From assembly GCA_010093605.1 (NCBI GenBank), contig MU004186.1:79765-143764 (forward strand): a DNA stretch of 64,000 nucleotides, given 5' to 3'. Made by a program: the position numbers and the translations under genes. The DNA comes from Lophium mytilinum. Its lineage: Eukaryota. How positions within the stretch are numbered: the first letter of the stretch is position 1; each line of letters begins with the position of its first letter. The notes beneath the pieces are model-generated. The model saw only the letters and a program-made list of their open reading frames with translations, was not told the DNA's origin and ran no database searches. Below are positions 10,955-21,976 of the stretch, in pieces.

Positions 10955-12420
10955 TTACTGAAGTGGGATGGCAGGTAGATCTTGAGAAGTTATTGGAGCA
11001 TCGAACCGTTTAAAGTAAGGCGTCCTACTTCCTATTGTCGCATCACAAATCTGCCTAAAACTACACATGTCGCCCATCGTCAGAGGAATTGGCGCAGTGG
11101 CTGTACGGGCGGATTTACCCGCACAGTTGCCGTTGTCACAGCTTAACGCAAACCACGGATTCCACCGCTTCCCTAAGTCAGCGTACATTGACAGCCTTCG
11201 TGCTAGCCCTTTGCACGTCGCCTTCCTATCTGAATTCGGAGACCTCCAGCGCAAGCATTTGAATTACAGCGTTGGCTTGGTAACCTAGGACAGATTGAAG
11301 TGCTTGAAAGCGGTCGGGGGTATCCGCCACTGAACTTGGCCCATCGCGCTTGATCCTGTGTCCATTCCCGGCACAGACGGGTTTTCGAAGCTCCCCAAAG
11401 AGACGGCTTGCGGTCCAACGCCTTGCAGCGCAAAGCACTTCGTGGCTTTGTCCTAGGTTTTCTTCATTGAGGCCTTTCTCTCCGTCTCCTTGCCGTAGCT
11501 ACGGATAGGCTACTTTCCTTGTTCGAAGAGCTCCGACGTATTTGGGCTCTCCTCGTCTCCAATACCACCAACGACCACTTCGCGGTACCTCTCGCTGCTT
11601 GCCTCTCCACCCGTAGCACCACCTTGAGGGTCAACGGATGATGCCCTGAGTGCCCTCTCGACCCCGTGCGTTTGCGCGTTGGCCCATGTGTTACAGTGCG
11701 GAGCTGACATGCTTCGTACGCCAGGTCCTCTCGATGGCTTGTTCATCGCAGAGTCGAACACTAGCACGTTGTTCATCTGTCTAGCGTGGGCTGGTGACAT
11801 CTCATCGGCTTCTACCTGGGCAATGACGCGTTTGTTACCGGTATTCGGCGTGAGAGTCTGGGCGGCCGGTGCAACCTTCTTCATGGCTTTTATGCTTTGT
11901 GCGAGGATAGAGACGAAAGTCTTCAAACAAGCCCGCAATGGTGCCGGCCATGGACTCTGGGTCGCGTGGGTCAATCATCTCGGCGAAGTACTTATTCAAA
12001 CGGTCAAAGAGGTCATCGGTGTCGTTGAGGTAGAGGCCGTTGATTTCGGTCAGAACTTGGCCTGCGATGGTTCGCCTCATTGAATCGGTACATGCTGTCA
12101 CTTGCGCCCTCATGAGCGTCTCACTGTCGGGTTTGATGCCTCCACGGAAGTTGCGCATCTCCTTATTCAGTGCGGCTACGATCTGGTTGGTGCTGGCGAT
12201 GACGGTTTGTTTTCAAGCTTTTCATGGAGCTCTCCAGCTCTCTATTATCTGCTATGTCTTCCGCACTCGCTCTCATCCCAACTTCAACGTTATTATCTGT
12301 AAAAAGCGCAGTCTTCTTGGGCAATTGCTCTTCTCCTGTGGCGGCGGGAACGGCGTATACGGCTTCTTGCTCTAATTATTGCAAGTAGCGTTATTATTAC
12401 TGCTATTATTATTAACAGCA
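10955..12420 (-). pseudogene. Decayed orphan gene with in-frame stops and frameshifts; Cys-containing C-terminus
   Basis: ORF fragments 11974-11510 and 11254-10955 share a frame and are separated only by isolated TAG/TAA codons. Upstream protein-like pieces (12158-11835; EQEAVYAVPAATGEEQLPKK) join through frameshifts. Confidence 0.55.
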
Positions 12421-12779
12421 GCTAGAGCAGACAAAACCCAGCCCAGACGCGTCAAGACAGCTCCCAATTCAAGCTTATACCGCTGAAATGGTCGCAGTCG
12501 CCGGATTCCTCTGTCCACGTGTCAAGACGGCAAAGAAATGGACCACACGAGTCAAGTCCTCCCTTGCCCTGGCTGGGAAGGCGAGTACCACCCGCGAAGA
12601 GCAGGAGATCTACAGAAAAAGAGCACAAGAAGAAGAAAAGCTCGAAGGCAGCAGATTGGAGCACAACCTCCAATGAGGACTGTCCATGAGAGAAGCCTTC
12701 GACACGGGCTTCGGCGCCCCTTCCTAGGGATTCACAGCTACCAAAAGAACCGCCGCGCGATGATAAAAGGTACAAGCTT

Positions 12780-13384
12780 ACAAGTCTAGCTTCTCATTGT
12801 TTTCCCTCAAAATCTTCGCCTCCAGAGTAAAGTTATCGGCTGTCAGCTCAATCCACCAGTACACTGATAACCAACCAGTCGAGTTACGATCTACTCAAGA
12901 GGTATTTCGTCTCCCCAGCATAAACTCGCTGAGAAGGCCAAGAAGAAGAAGAGTCCATTCACGATTTCTTTCATTTACGGCTGGTCCAATCGTACATTTC
13001 TACCAACTTTCTTCTCAACTCTGTGTTATCCTTCTCTTCCTGTCTACTGATCTCGTTTAGGACTTCGTTATGACCGACGGCCTCGCTGCATTCCTGGATG
13101 CGATCGACAAGGAATCTCTGGCTCTCGACGACGCCTTGAAGCCTCGCCACCTCAAACGTTGCCGTCTCCAACTCGGTTCGCAAACCCGTCTCGATTTGCT
13201 CCATGCGCTGTTTGGCTGCGCGTGTCTCTTCGATGACTGTCTTCAGCTCTGTAGCCCTCTCGATCATTCGCGGGGCCAGGATGGCGCCAGGATTCGGGCT
13301 GCTCGTGTCTTTGGCGAGCGACGCCGCGAACGCCTGCAGACTAGCGATAAGCTGCACGGTTGTTTCGTAATATTACGTATCCAT
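12780..13384 (-). pseudogene. Decayed coiled-coil protein gene
   Basis: ATG at 13384 reads ATG GAT ACG TAA TAT TAC (TAA plausibly from CAA), in frame with heptad-rich ORF 13357-12971 (ELKTVIEETRAAKQRMEQIETGLRTELE). Protein-like text continues past further stops. Confidence 0.55.
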
Positions 13385-13959
13385 TGTTCGGTCGTGGTAG
13401 ATCAGAGATGAAGGCCGACGCTGTGCGATGCCGTATGTGCTGCGTTCGTGGATAGATCGATCAGAAAGGTAGGGCTCGCTTCATTGGCGGCATCCTTGAC
13501 GTGGCGGCTGCCAACCCTTTGAGTGCCACATGCCCACGCAGCATCAACCAATTTTGCCGCCGCTTGGAGAAGAAGAAGCCTAAGTAAGCGATTGACCCAG
13601 ATGTACTACGAGCACGACGACGAGGATGAACATCTGAGTCAGTAGTGGTAGCATGTTTTCCCGTCCTAAGCCGTAAGCCTAGGCACCAGATCTGTCACTA
13701 GTAGGCGGTCGCCTGGCTGCTCAGCAGCTGCGTAGTCAAGAGGTAGTCTTATCTGCACTATTGAAAACTTGACATCGCTACGAATCTTCGACACGCTCGC
13801 GGGGCACCTAAACGGTGGCGAACCAGTATCACCCAGGTAATAGTGCGATCACTGCTTCAGAACCCTAAAGCTTTGACAGGTGAGGTACAGTAACTTCGTT
13901 CCCCTAGGCCTCTTTTTGATCCTCTAGTACCGACTAATTTGCGTCCCAATACGCTTGGA

Positions 13960-15515
13960 CTAGGGTCTCTGAATTCAAAACGTAACCCTTTGCATACGAC
14001 CTCAAATCTTGCAGTTGTCGTAGTATCTCACGTCCGCCTTGTGACTGTTGTTGTGTTCGTGTTTTTTTCTCGCCTATTCCTTTACTCTTGCGGCTTCCTC
14101 GCCTTTCAGCTCGCTATCTCTTTCTGCAAACATCAATTTCATCTGTGCATCAGCCAGTGTGCCTTCCTCATTCTTTATCTGTTCTCGTTGGCGTTCTTTA
14201 TCTCGATCTTGCGGATAGAGCGCTCATTATCTTTGGATACGGCCTCTTGAACGCAAACCCTCGTGATGATCTCCTCTTCTAGCTGGTGTGGAGCCAAACT
14301 TCGAATATTGAAGAACTTCCCACACTCCGCCCGCGCAGCTGCCATTGAAACCCCCACGCGATATGTAGGAACCAGCGAGGTGTGATAGGATATGTTTAGA
14401 AGGACAGTGCGTGCAATCGCATCGACCAAGTTCATGAGAGGGCTCGATGATGAGTGCTCTATGTACTGCTGTTTGCGCTGATCAGGGACGTAGGTGTACC
14501 ACCCAACATAGCATGGACTTGACGGCATGTGCTGGCCGTCGGGCATATGCGCGATCCGCGACCGAGTTTCTTGGAGCCACTGCTCTGCGTTTCGTAGGTC
14601 GTTCTCCTTTTCGAAATATCTTAGGCTGCAACCGCTGCGCGAGCAAGCATGCGGCTGGCAACGTCAACCTGCCACGCGTCAATCCTCGACGCGCCCGAGC
14701 TACGGAGCAGGCAGTGATTATTATTGCAGAGGAGGCTCCTTTGCCCACGGCTAATCTTAATTCTGCACTAGTCACTCGTTCCGGTTCCCCAAACTCATCC
14801 TCAGGTATGCGTAGTGGACTAACAATTCATTTTTGTCGGAGCCGTCGCCTACTTTTCGAGCTTGTTTCAGACGTTCGAGCTCTGCTTCTGCGATTTAGGC
14901 TCGTTGGAGGCCGTCGTCCGCACCTTTCTGCTGCTCTGTCGCTGTTTTTCTACGTCTTGTTTCGCGCCGGCCCCTAATGCTTTGCTGTGACTCCTCCTTC
15001 TTTCAGGCGAAGGGTGACGCGATCTGATTTCGCTGTGCTAAGATCTCCTCGTAACTCTCCAATGTCCTCCTTTTGCGACAGCAATGTACGGAGCATGGTC
15101 TTCACAGTCCAATTACGCTGGGTTTCTACGGCCCCGAGGATATCTAGAGTTCTTCTTGCATATCGTCGCTGACCTCAACATCCGGCACATCTTCAGCGGA
15201 GGGCAGATTGAGCAACCTATCAGCTATTTGTACCTCAGCGTCATCCGCGATCCAGCGTAGGAAGTCAAAGGCTTTGGCAAACGTTTCTTTCATGCTAGGT
15301 TGTAGATATTCGACGTATTGTACGTACGAGGGAGCTGCTTGCGCCCTCGCGAGCGTCTTTTGTAGCTCCATCTTTCGGCTCTTTCAAGTATGAAGCGCGT
15401 CCTGCTTCATCTCTTCCTTATATCGCACTACCTCATCTTAGGCTTCTTTACAGCGCTCTAGAAGTCGTTCTCTTCACGTACAATCTTCTGTGCTTCTATA
15501 AGTCTTCGCCCACAT
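13960..15515 (-). pseudogene. Decayed orphan gene(s), charged and helical
   Basis: The frame upstream of ORF 15371-15144 is broken by single TGA/TAA codons (T*RERLLERCKEA*DEVVRYKEEMKQ). ORF 14546-14175 continues past its stop into K/R/E-rich text with many TAG/TAA/TGA. Confidence 0.5.
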
Positions 15516-15956
15516 CATCGCCATTTTCGATCGAAAGCGCATTCATGGATGTTTCGGCGATTTGTGCTATTGCGGCCAACCAAGAAGATTCCAGAAGTAT
15601 TGACTGAATAGACACGCGTCGGATAGTCATTAGTTAACACAAATAGGTGAAGACGGAAGTCGCAAAGAAGCCCGCGTCGGCAATTTATAATAGAAGGCAA
15701 CCTTAGCGGAACGTCACACGTGACACCAGTACGCGCGAGGAAAGGGATCGATGCATAGCAGAGCGGCACAGTGATGAAGAAGAAGTACGGGCACAAGAAA
15801 ACAGAGGCGCATGGATCAGAGTTTACATGTTTGGAGTGCAGTAGAACTTAACGTCGGAACAACGTTTCGCGCGCTAATAGTGAGTTTGCAAGCTAGCCAT
15901 TAACACATCCCTTTACAACCATTAGACACACTCTCATACGCCCCAACACTTTAGCG

Positions 15957-16543
15957 ATGGCTGAAGTAAGCCGCGTGCAGTCGATCCTCGGCGCCATTGA
16001 ACATCATCTCGTTCCAGGTCCAGATCGACGCCGAACACCGCACCGGCCTCATCTTCCTCGGCGACCTTCCCGACGTCGTTGATGCTGCGCGAACTGCGGA
16101 GCATGAGGCTGGCAACATCAAACTCCCACGCGTCAATTCTCGACGCGCCCGAATTGCGGAAAAGGCTGTCACTACCGCTGCAGAAGAAGTACCCTCCCCC
16201 GTTGCTGCTCCACTCACCCCTGCCGGTACCCCCGCTGAGGAAGAGCATCTCGTGTCCACTGCAGAAGAGGTGCCGTCTCTCCCTCTCCTTCTCGTTACTC
16301 TGCACAAGTCGCTCGTTCCAGTACGCCCGCTCAAGACGAGATGGCCTCCACTGCAGAGGAGCACCCTTCAGCCACATCTTCTGTTCGCGCTGCTACACCC
16401 GTCTCTCGTCCCGGTACCCCGCTCAAGATGAGACGTCCTTCACTGTAGAGAAGCCTCGTTCGCCCACTCCTACTCTCCACTCTGCACCAGTCCCTTATTA
16501 CGGTTCCCCAACGGCAGAAGAATTTGAAGTCACCACCAGCTAG
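15957..16543 (+). pseudogene. Small spliced orphan gene with internal repeats and a probable frameshift
   Basis: ATG GCT GAA|GTAAGC, intron 15966-16017 ending TTCCAG, exon 2 in frame (VQIDAEHRTGLIFLGDLPDVV...). Imperfect repeats at about 16219, 16308 and 16401. The protein-like C-terminus (QDETSFTVEKPRSPTP...) is in another frame. Confidence 0.55.
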
Positions 16544-16697
16544 GTTTACGATAAATTGAAACACGACTGAGGCAGCTCAAGGTTGTCAAAAGAAAATCGT
16601 TGTCAAAGAATCGGGACGGAGACTAGATGATTATGACGTACTTAGAGCAGAGCAAACTCAATTCGCGCCCCAGTACCCGTGCTGTAAGACCAGAGAT

Positions 16698-17683
16698 CAG
16701 CGTGGTTACTAAACCGGCGGCCGGTTCAACTAGGTAGCAATCTGATTGGGTTGTTATATGTTGAATGAAGCTTGATTAATTGGACTAACTGGATTTCTGG
16801 ATTGAGCCAGACACACGCGGGTGACATAAAAACGCGTACACTAAACCACTAAAGTCGCTTTGATCAGCAAAATACACCTGAAAGTAAAGCATCCTCTAAC
16901 TAGCAAAACTGTTTAGTATCATATAAAAACTAGAGCGTTGGATAGAGCTCCTTCTGATGATTACGTTTGTCTATTTTGAGAATATTGTTCTGTTAGGAAG
17001 TGGCAGCTATATTGCCTACCGAAAGCGACAAACGGTTTTGGTTTACACTAGATTGCTAGTAAGCATGTAAGTATGATCGCGCTTAGCCTAAACAGGTAAG
17101 GGCTGGTGGAACACATATTGCCAGCCTTATTAACTACAGCTACAGCCCACCTTCTAGCCCAGATGAGCCTAGGCGGACAACGAGAGCTAACTTCTACAGG
17201 TGGACTTAGGTTTAACGCGAATTGTTGGGTCTTCTAGGCCTTAGAAATGCGCCTCTAGATTCCTACTACTATAGTACTCCTACGCTGCCCTCTTCTCTAG
17301 AGCCACTAATTCGTGTACCGTGTTCATTCTGAAAATTCAGAAGCCACGCTTGGCACACTATCTTAAGCATAACATCTCAGCGTATTAGGTCGACGCTAGC
17401 GACTTGAATTGTGGCCTACCTGCCCCTGAGCCAGTCTAACATCTCTAAAGAGTCCGCTAGGATCCACCCTCCAACGCTCTTAAGTTTAGGGGATCGACTA
17501 GCGCTGCCAAGCGTGGCTTTTCAGTTGACAGAAAGAACACGGCACAATGATTGATCCAATTAGATCGATCTACGCATGAAATTTCATTGGCTCGAGGATT
17601 GATCCGATTGGACCAACCATAAGACATATTAACAAACCGGCCGCTAATCAGATTGAGGTTTGGCCGGTTTACTAACCACGCGG
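16698..17683. mobile_element. Non-autonomous hAT-type element (986 bp)
   Basis: 21-bp TIRs: CAGCGTGGTTACTAAACCGGC and reverse complement of right end CCGCGTGGTTAGTAAACCGGC (2 mismatches). Perfect 8-bp TSD CCAGAGAT at 16690-16697 and 17684-17691. Subterminal inverted CAATCTGATT. No transposase ORF. Confidence 0.9.
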
Positions 17684-17892
17684 CCAGAGATGAAGCGCAT
17701 CTTTTCACTACAGGAGACTGGGTAGCCAGTGAAAAGACAGCAACGCTTACGGCAGCTTGACTAGTCGTACAACTTCTAGCTTAACTTACGTCAGCTAAGC
17801 CAGACGAGAACTTGGGAGCCTGCTAGTGTGAAGGCTAAGTGTTCACTAAGCCTAACGCAGAACCGATGGGATTCTTGTCTAAGAGTTTTCTA

Positions 17893-18024
17893 CTAGTCTA
17901 AGTGTGTGCACGGCCAACCCAACCAGGCTTAGCGGGCTTGGCGAGCCAAATCATTCCTCCTCACGAAGTCGCCAAGCTTGCTTACTAACGAGAGTAACGA
18001 AGGGTCGTGCACACACTAGACTAG
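17893..18024. mobile_element. ~130-bp MITE-like hairpin
   Basis: ctagtctaagtgtgtgcacggcc (17893-17915) is inverted relative to ggtcgtgcacacactagactag (18003-18024). Nested inverted pair gcttggcga / tcgccaagc. Confidence 0.65.
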
Positions 18025-18273
18025 TTTTTCTACACGGTTCGTATGGCGATATCAGTTTGAGAGTTCAATTTTGATGCATTCAAACAGCACCATGATCAGA
18101 TATTCAACCTTTCTATTTATCTCATCAAATTAAGACATTAACAGCTCCTACTATATTTTGCTTCTAGAAAGTATAAAAAGGTAAAATTCTAGGCACTAAG
18201 TTTTATAGAAGCTCGGGAAAATTGGATCGGGGTAGATTAGCATTCTGCTTTTCTATTCCTTTTTTCTACTTCA

Positions 18274-19798
18274 TGTACACCCCCCTCCCGTCTGATCTTC
18301 TAATTGGTCCGGAGGGCTCGGATCACTGCTCTGGCGCTCACGTATCCGTGTTTTATGGTGAGGCCACAGTGGGTGACAGGAGAATCCTCCGCGGTCCGAT
18401 CAACCAATCAGACCCGTAAAATTCGCTTCGCGACGAGACCTCTGGTTTCAACAACTCGACAATAAGAAGGAATTGCTGAAATATGAGTACGCAGAGCTGT
18501 CTAAATCGGCGTTGTTTAGGTACCAAGCAACTTGGGCCCAAATAATTCGACCATGGTGGCCTCTTCCCCTGGTAATCTGGGGGGTGACAGCTCTCCTGTG
18601 AGGCTGCATAGCCTTCGCATTTCATCGTGCATTCTTACCATTTCTAGCAGCCTATATACAGCTGCGCATGTGGGTGTACTCTGCCGTGCCGAAAAACGAG
18701 GCCAGAATGCAGCACCGTGCGCACCACTGTTACGAACACTAGGACCAGCAGAGAACCAGGACGCGAACCATCCCAGGACAGATGTTCTAAGAGAAGGACG
18801 GTCCTAGGATAAGGTCCTAGCACACCAGGACGGATGCAGCTCCAGCCGCACCCATATACAGAAGGGTATTTGGAGGATGGTGGAAAGGCAACCGGAAAGG
18901 GTAGGAGTCACGTGATATGGGGACACGTGATTGATCTCACTGATCTGGCTTGGCGACAGCAGAGCAGCGAAAGCAGGACTAGATTGTATGAAGGTCGAAA
19001 TGACTATAAAAGTTTGGAGGATTTCATATTGTCTTCGGCTCATCGTACTCAACTTTCATGTTTGTATCTAGCATACAGAACTCAACGGCAATCAATCATG
19101 ACTTAAGTATCTTGACTGTCTTTACTCACTTCTAATACTATTGAAGCCATCTCCCTTCCAACATTCTACTTATTTACACTCGAACCTCGTGTCACGTGTT
19201 AGCTCGTGATGCAGTCAACTAGCAGGTGAGTAGAAAGCAACCTCCTCCGAATCTTTGCTGAACTTCTTTGAATAAATCGAATTTGAAGTTCCTGAAGGCA
19301 TCTCTAAAGTGTGCCTTTTTCGAGATTTGATTAGTATAAAGTTGGTGTTGTGTTTGTTTTGGTGCGGTGCCCACGGTGCTGCATGTCGGCCTCGTTTTCC
19401 GGCGCCACAGAGGCCGTACTTGTAGCAAGGCGGTGCAGCATACCCGTTTTACCATGCATACTTCCCGTTTCCTGCGTATATACGCCATTGTATTGCTACG
19501 TACATGCCTACGCGCCTAGGAGCATGCTAAAACAGTCAAAACCTCACCTGATTACAGCCCTTCCGCATCAAATCTGGCCCCCCTCATCGCCGCTGCACCT
19601 CCATCTCCACCTCATACAATGCAATCTAACGTAGGAACTCCTTATAGGCAAGCCGCGCTGCCGCTGCCTGAGGCTGAAGCTAAGGATAGGCTTTATCTCG
19701 ACGCCGTATAGCCCCCCTCCGTGGTTCGCCTTGAACTGAGCGCCGGAGCGGTAGTCTGAGCCCTCCGAGCCAATCAGAAGATCAGACATAGAGGTACA
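18274..19798. mobile_element. ~1.5-kb segment bounded by 51-bp inverted repeats; degenerate TIR element, family unassigned
   Basis: 18290-18340 versus reverse complement of 19737-19787: 43/51 identical, all 8 differences transitions. Both arms carry TGTAC just outside the core. Confidence 0.65.
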
Positions 19799-20722
19799 CG
19801 GAGCCAAAAGAGGTTGTATATTTAGCAGCGCCCTTACAGAACAATCTACCGTGTCTCGAGTGACATCAGAGGCTTTAGAGAATCAACGAGATGGCAAGTA
19901 AGTTCGGGTCATCAGAAGGCGAAGCACGCGAGTGTGGCCCAGGCATATGACTTTGACCTCGATAACACAGCAACCAGCGTGGAATTGACCCTGGAAAGTG
20001 GCTAGATATGAAGTTGGAGGCCTCCTTTAATGGATGCACGACTCTTTTCTAATGAATTCGGCCCATTTTTGATGGAAATGCGTCGATGTTATTTCGCTGG
20101 ACCACACTCGCGTGCTTCGCGTACCGTGGGGTCATCAGAAGAGGAGTTGTTCTACGTGAATACCGCGCAACGCCGAATCCACCCGATGCTTCACAAAATG
20201 CACAACTCCCTACAGATTCCGAGAGCCCGGTAGAATAAGACGATCACCATTTCCCCGCATCGTGAGCCGCACCCCTGGTTTTTCTCCGCATCTTCGCTCC
20301 TTAGCAGCAGTCTTTGACTAGGGAGGAAAAATCTCACTGCTGTAACAACGTATCATGTTCCCGCAAACTGCCCCCATGGGTGATCCGCGCACGATCCAAC
20401 AAGTGGGTACCTTGCACTATCGCTTTTCGGGGCCTAGATGATGAAATGGCGTGCCGAAAAGTATTTCTTGCTCCTGTGAGGAGGAACGGTAGACTGCCTT
20501 TCTTCATTCCGATCCGGCTCAGCACGGCAAGTATTCGGCGCGGAAACGAGAATTGATGCCAATGAAGCTGGCGGAGAAGAGCATGTCATAGCCAAGTGTT
20601 TCCACTCCATGGCGTTCTTCGGTTAAGTAGTGAAAATATAAATATATTCGAGACGGTAGAGGACCAATGGTCGATTTCATCTCGGTGAGCATACTCTCCT
20701 TGACACAACTACTGTTTCAGTC

Positions 20723-21855
20723 ATGTATCTCAGTACTTTCATATCACTCTGGGCCTTCCTTGCAGGTCCTTGCGCTTGCGCTGCTTGGCTTCGGACCGCC
20801 CCAGATGTCAGCCCTTTCGATATAAGCTACATAGTAAGCAACCCTTCAAAACGAACGCTACGACGGGGAATACCTCCTTACTAACATCCCACCCAAAGAA
20901 CGAAATCGGCCTCCCCACCGTCGCCGACCTCATCGCCTACAATGGCACCAATGATGGCGCCGGCATCAAAAGCTACTGGTTCATCAGCTTCCTCAGTCTC
21001 GAGAACGGCCACGACTATTACCTGCTGCACAGCACCTCCAATGGCGGCCCCGGCAAACTAGCAACCTCCATCTCCCTCATGGACATCACAGCGAAGACCT
21101 ACTCCGGCCGCACCTGGTCGCGCCCCGGCCAGCTCTCCACCACCAAAGCCGACTCCCTCTCCCCAGACTTCCTCCACCTCTACGCCACCACCGAGGACAA
21201 CTACTCCGAGTACAAAGCGGTCAGCGTAGTGCCCGCGTTCCCATTCAACCTCACGCACACGCCCAAGGGCGCCGGCTCGTACCAAGCCGGCGCGGGGACG
21301 TACATCTGGGGCGGTCTGCGCTGCTGGGCGTGGGACGCACCGGAAGCCCTAACCACCGGGACGCTGACCATCGATGGCAAAGACGTCGCAGTGATCCCCG
21401 AGAAGTCGATCACGTGGATGGACTGGCAGTACGGGCCCGGGTACGCCGTCGAGGGGTGGTACTCGTTTGTGATCGCCCTCACCAACGGCGTCAAGATCAC
21501 CACCATGACGACGTACCCGACGCCCAAGTACCCGTCCGGCAGCGTCGCGACGCTCGGCTTCCCGGACGGCCACCACGAGGTGTACGCCCTGGACCGCGAT
21601 TTCCACCCCAGCGACCCGTGGGTCTCGCCGGATACGAATGTGACGTACTATAAGTCGTATCAGGTGAATGTTCCGGCGAAGGGGATCTCGTTGAATGTGA
21701 GCTTGGCGATGGAGGGAGGGGAGTTGTATAATCCAGATACTGAGGGCATCATCATAGCAGATACGTTTTCGTATTTTGCGGGGACGTATGAGGGGTTGCC
21801 GATCACGGGTTGGGGTAATGCGGAGCGTATGTCTGGGGATAGCCCAAATGTGTAG
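20723..21855 (+). CDS. Secreted kievitone hydratase-like protein (CrtC/AttH-like fold)
   Basis: Exon 1 20723-20833 encodes a signal peptide (MYLSTFISLWAFLAGPCACA). Intron 20834-20898 (GTAAGC..CTAAC..AAG). Motifs SYWFISFL..NGHDYY, GTLTIDGKDV..PEKSITWMDWQYG and WVSPDTNVTY. Confidence 0.75.
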
Positions 21856-21976
21856 AGGGAGACGATAAACCTATCTATTTACGAGTACATGGTATCATGA
21901 AAGGCCTTGAAATGGCTGTGTCTGCAATTAGAACACTTATGAATCGTATTTACAGTATTTTTATACAAGCGTGCGA

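Noticed and set aside
10900..19900. An intact Starship element
   Set aside because: No tyrosine recombinase (DUF3435) gene and no direct-repeat or asymmetric TIR boundary could be identified.
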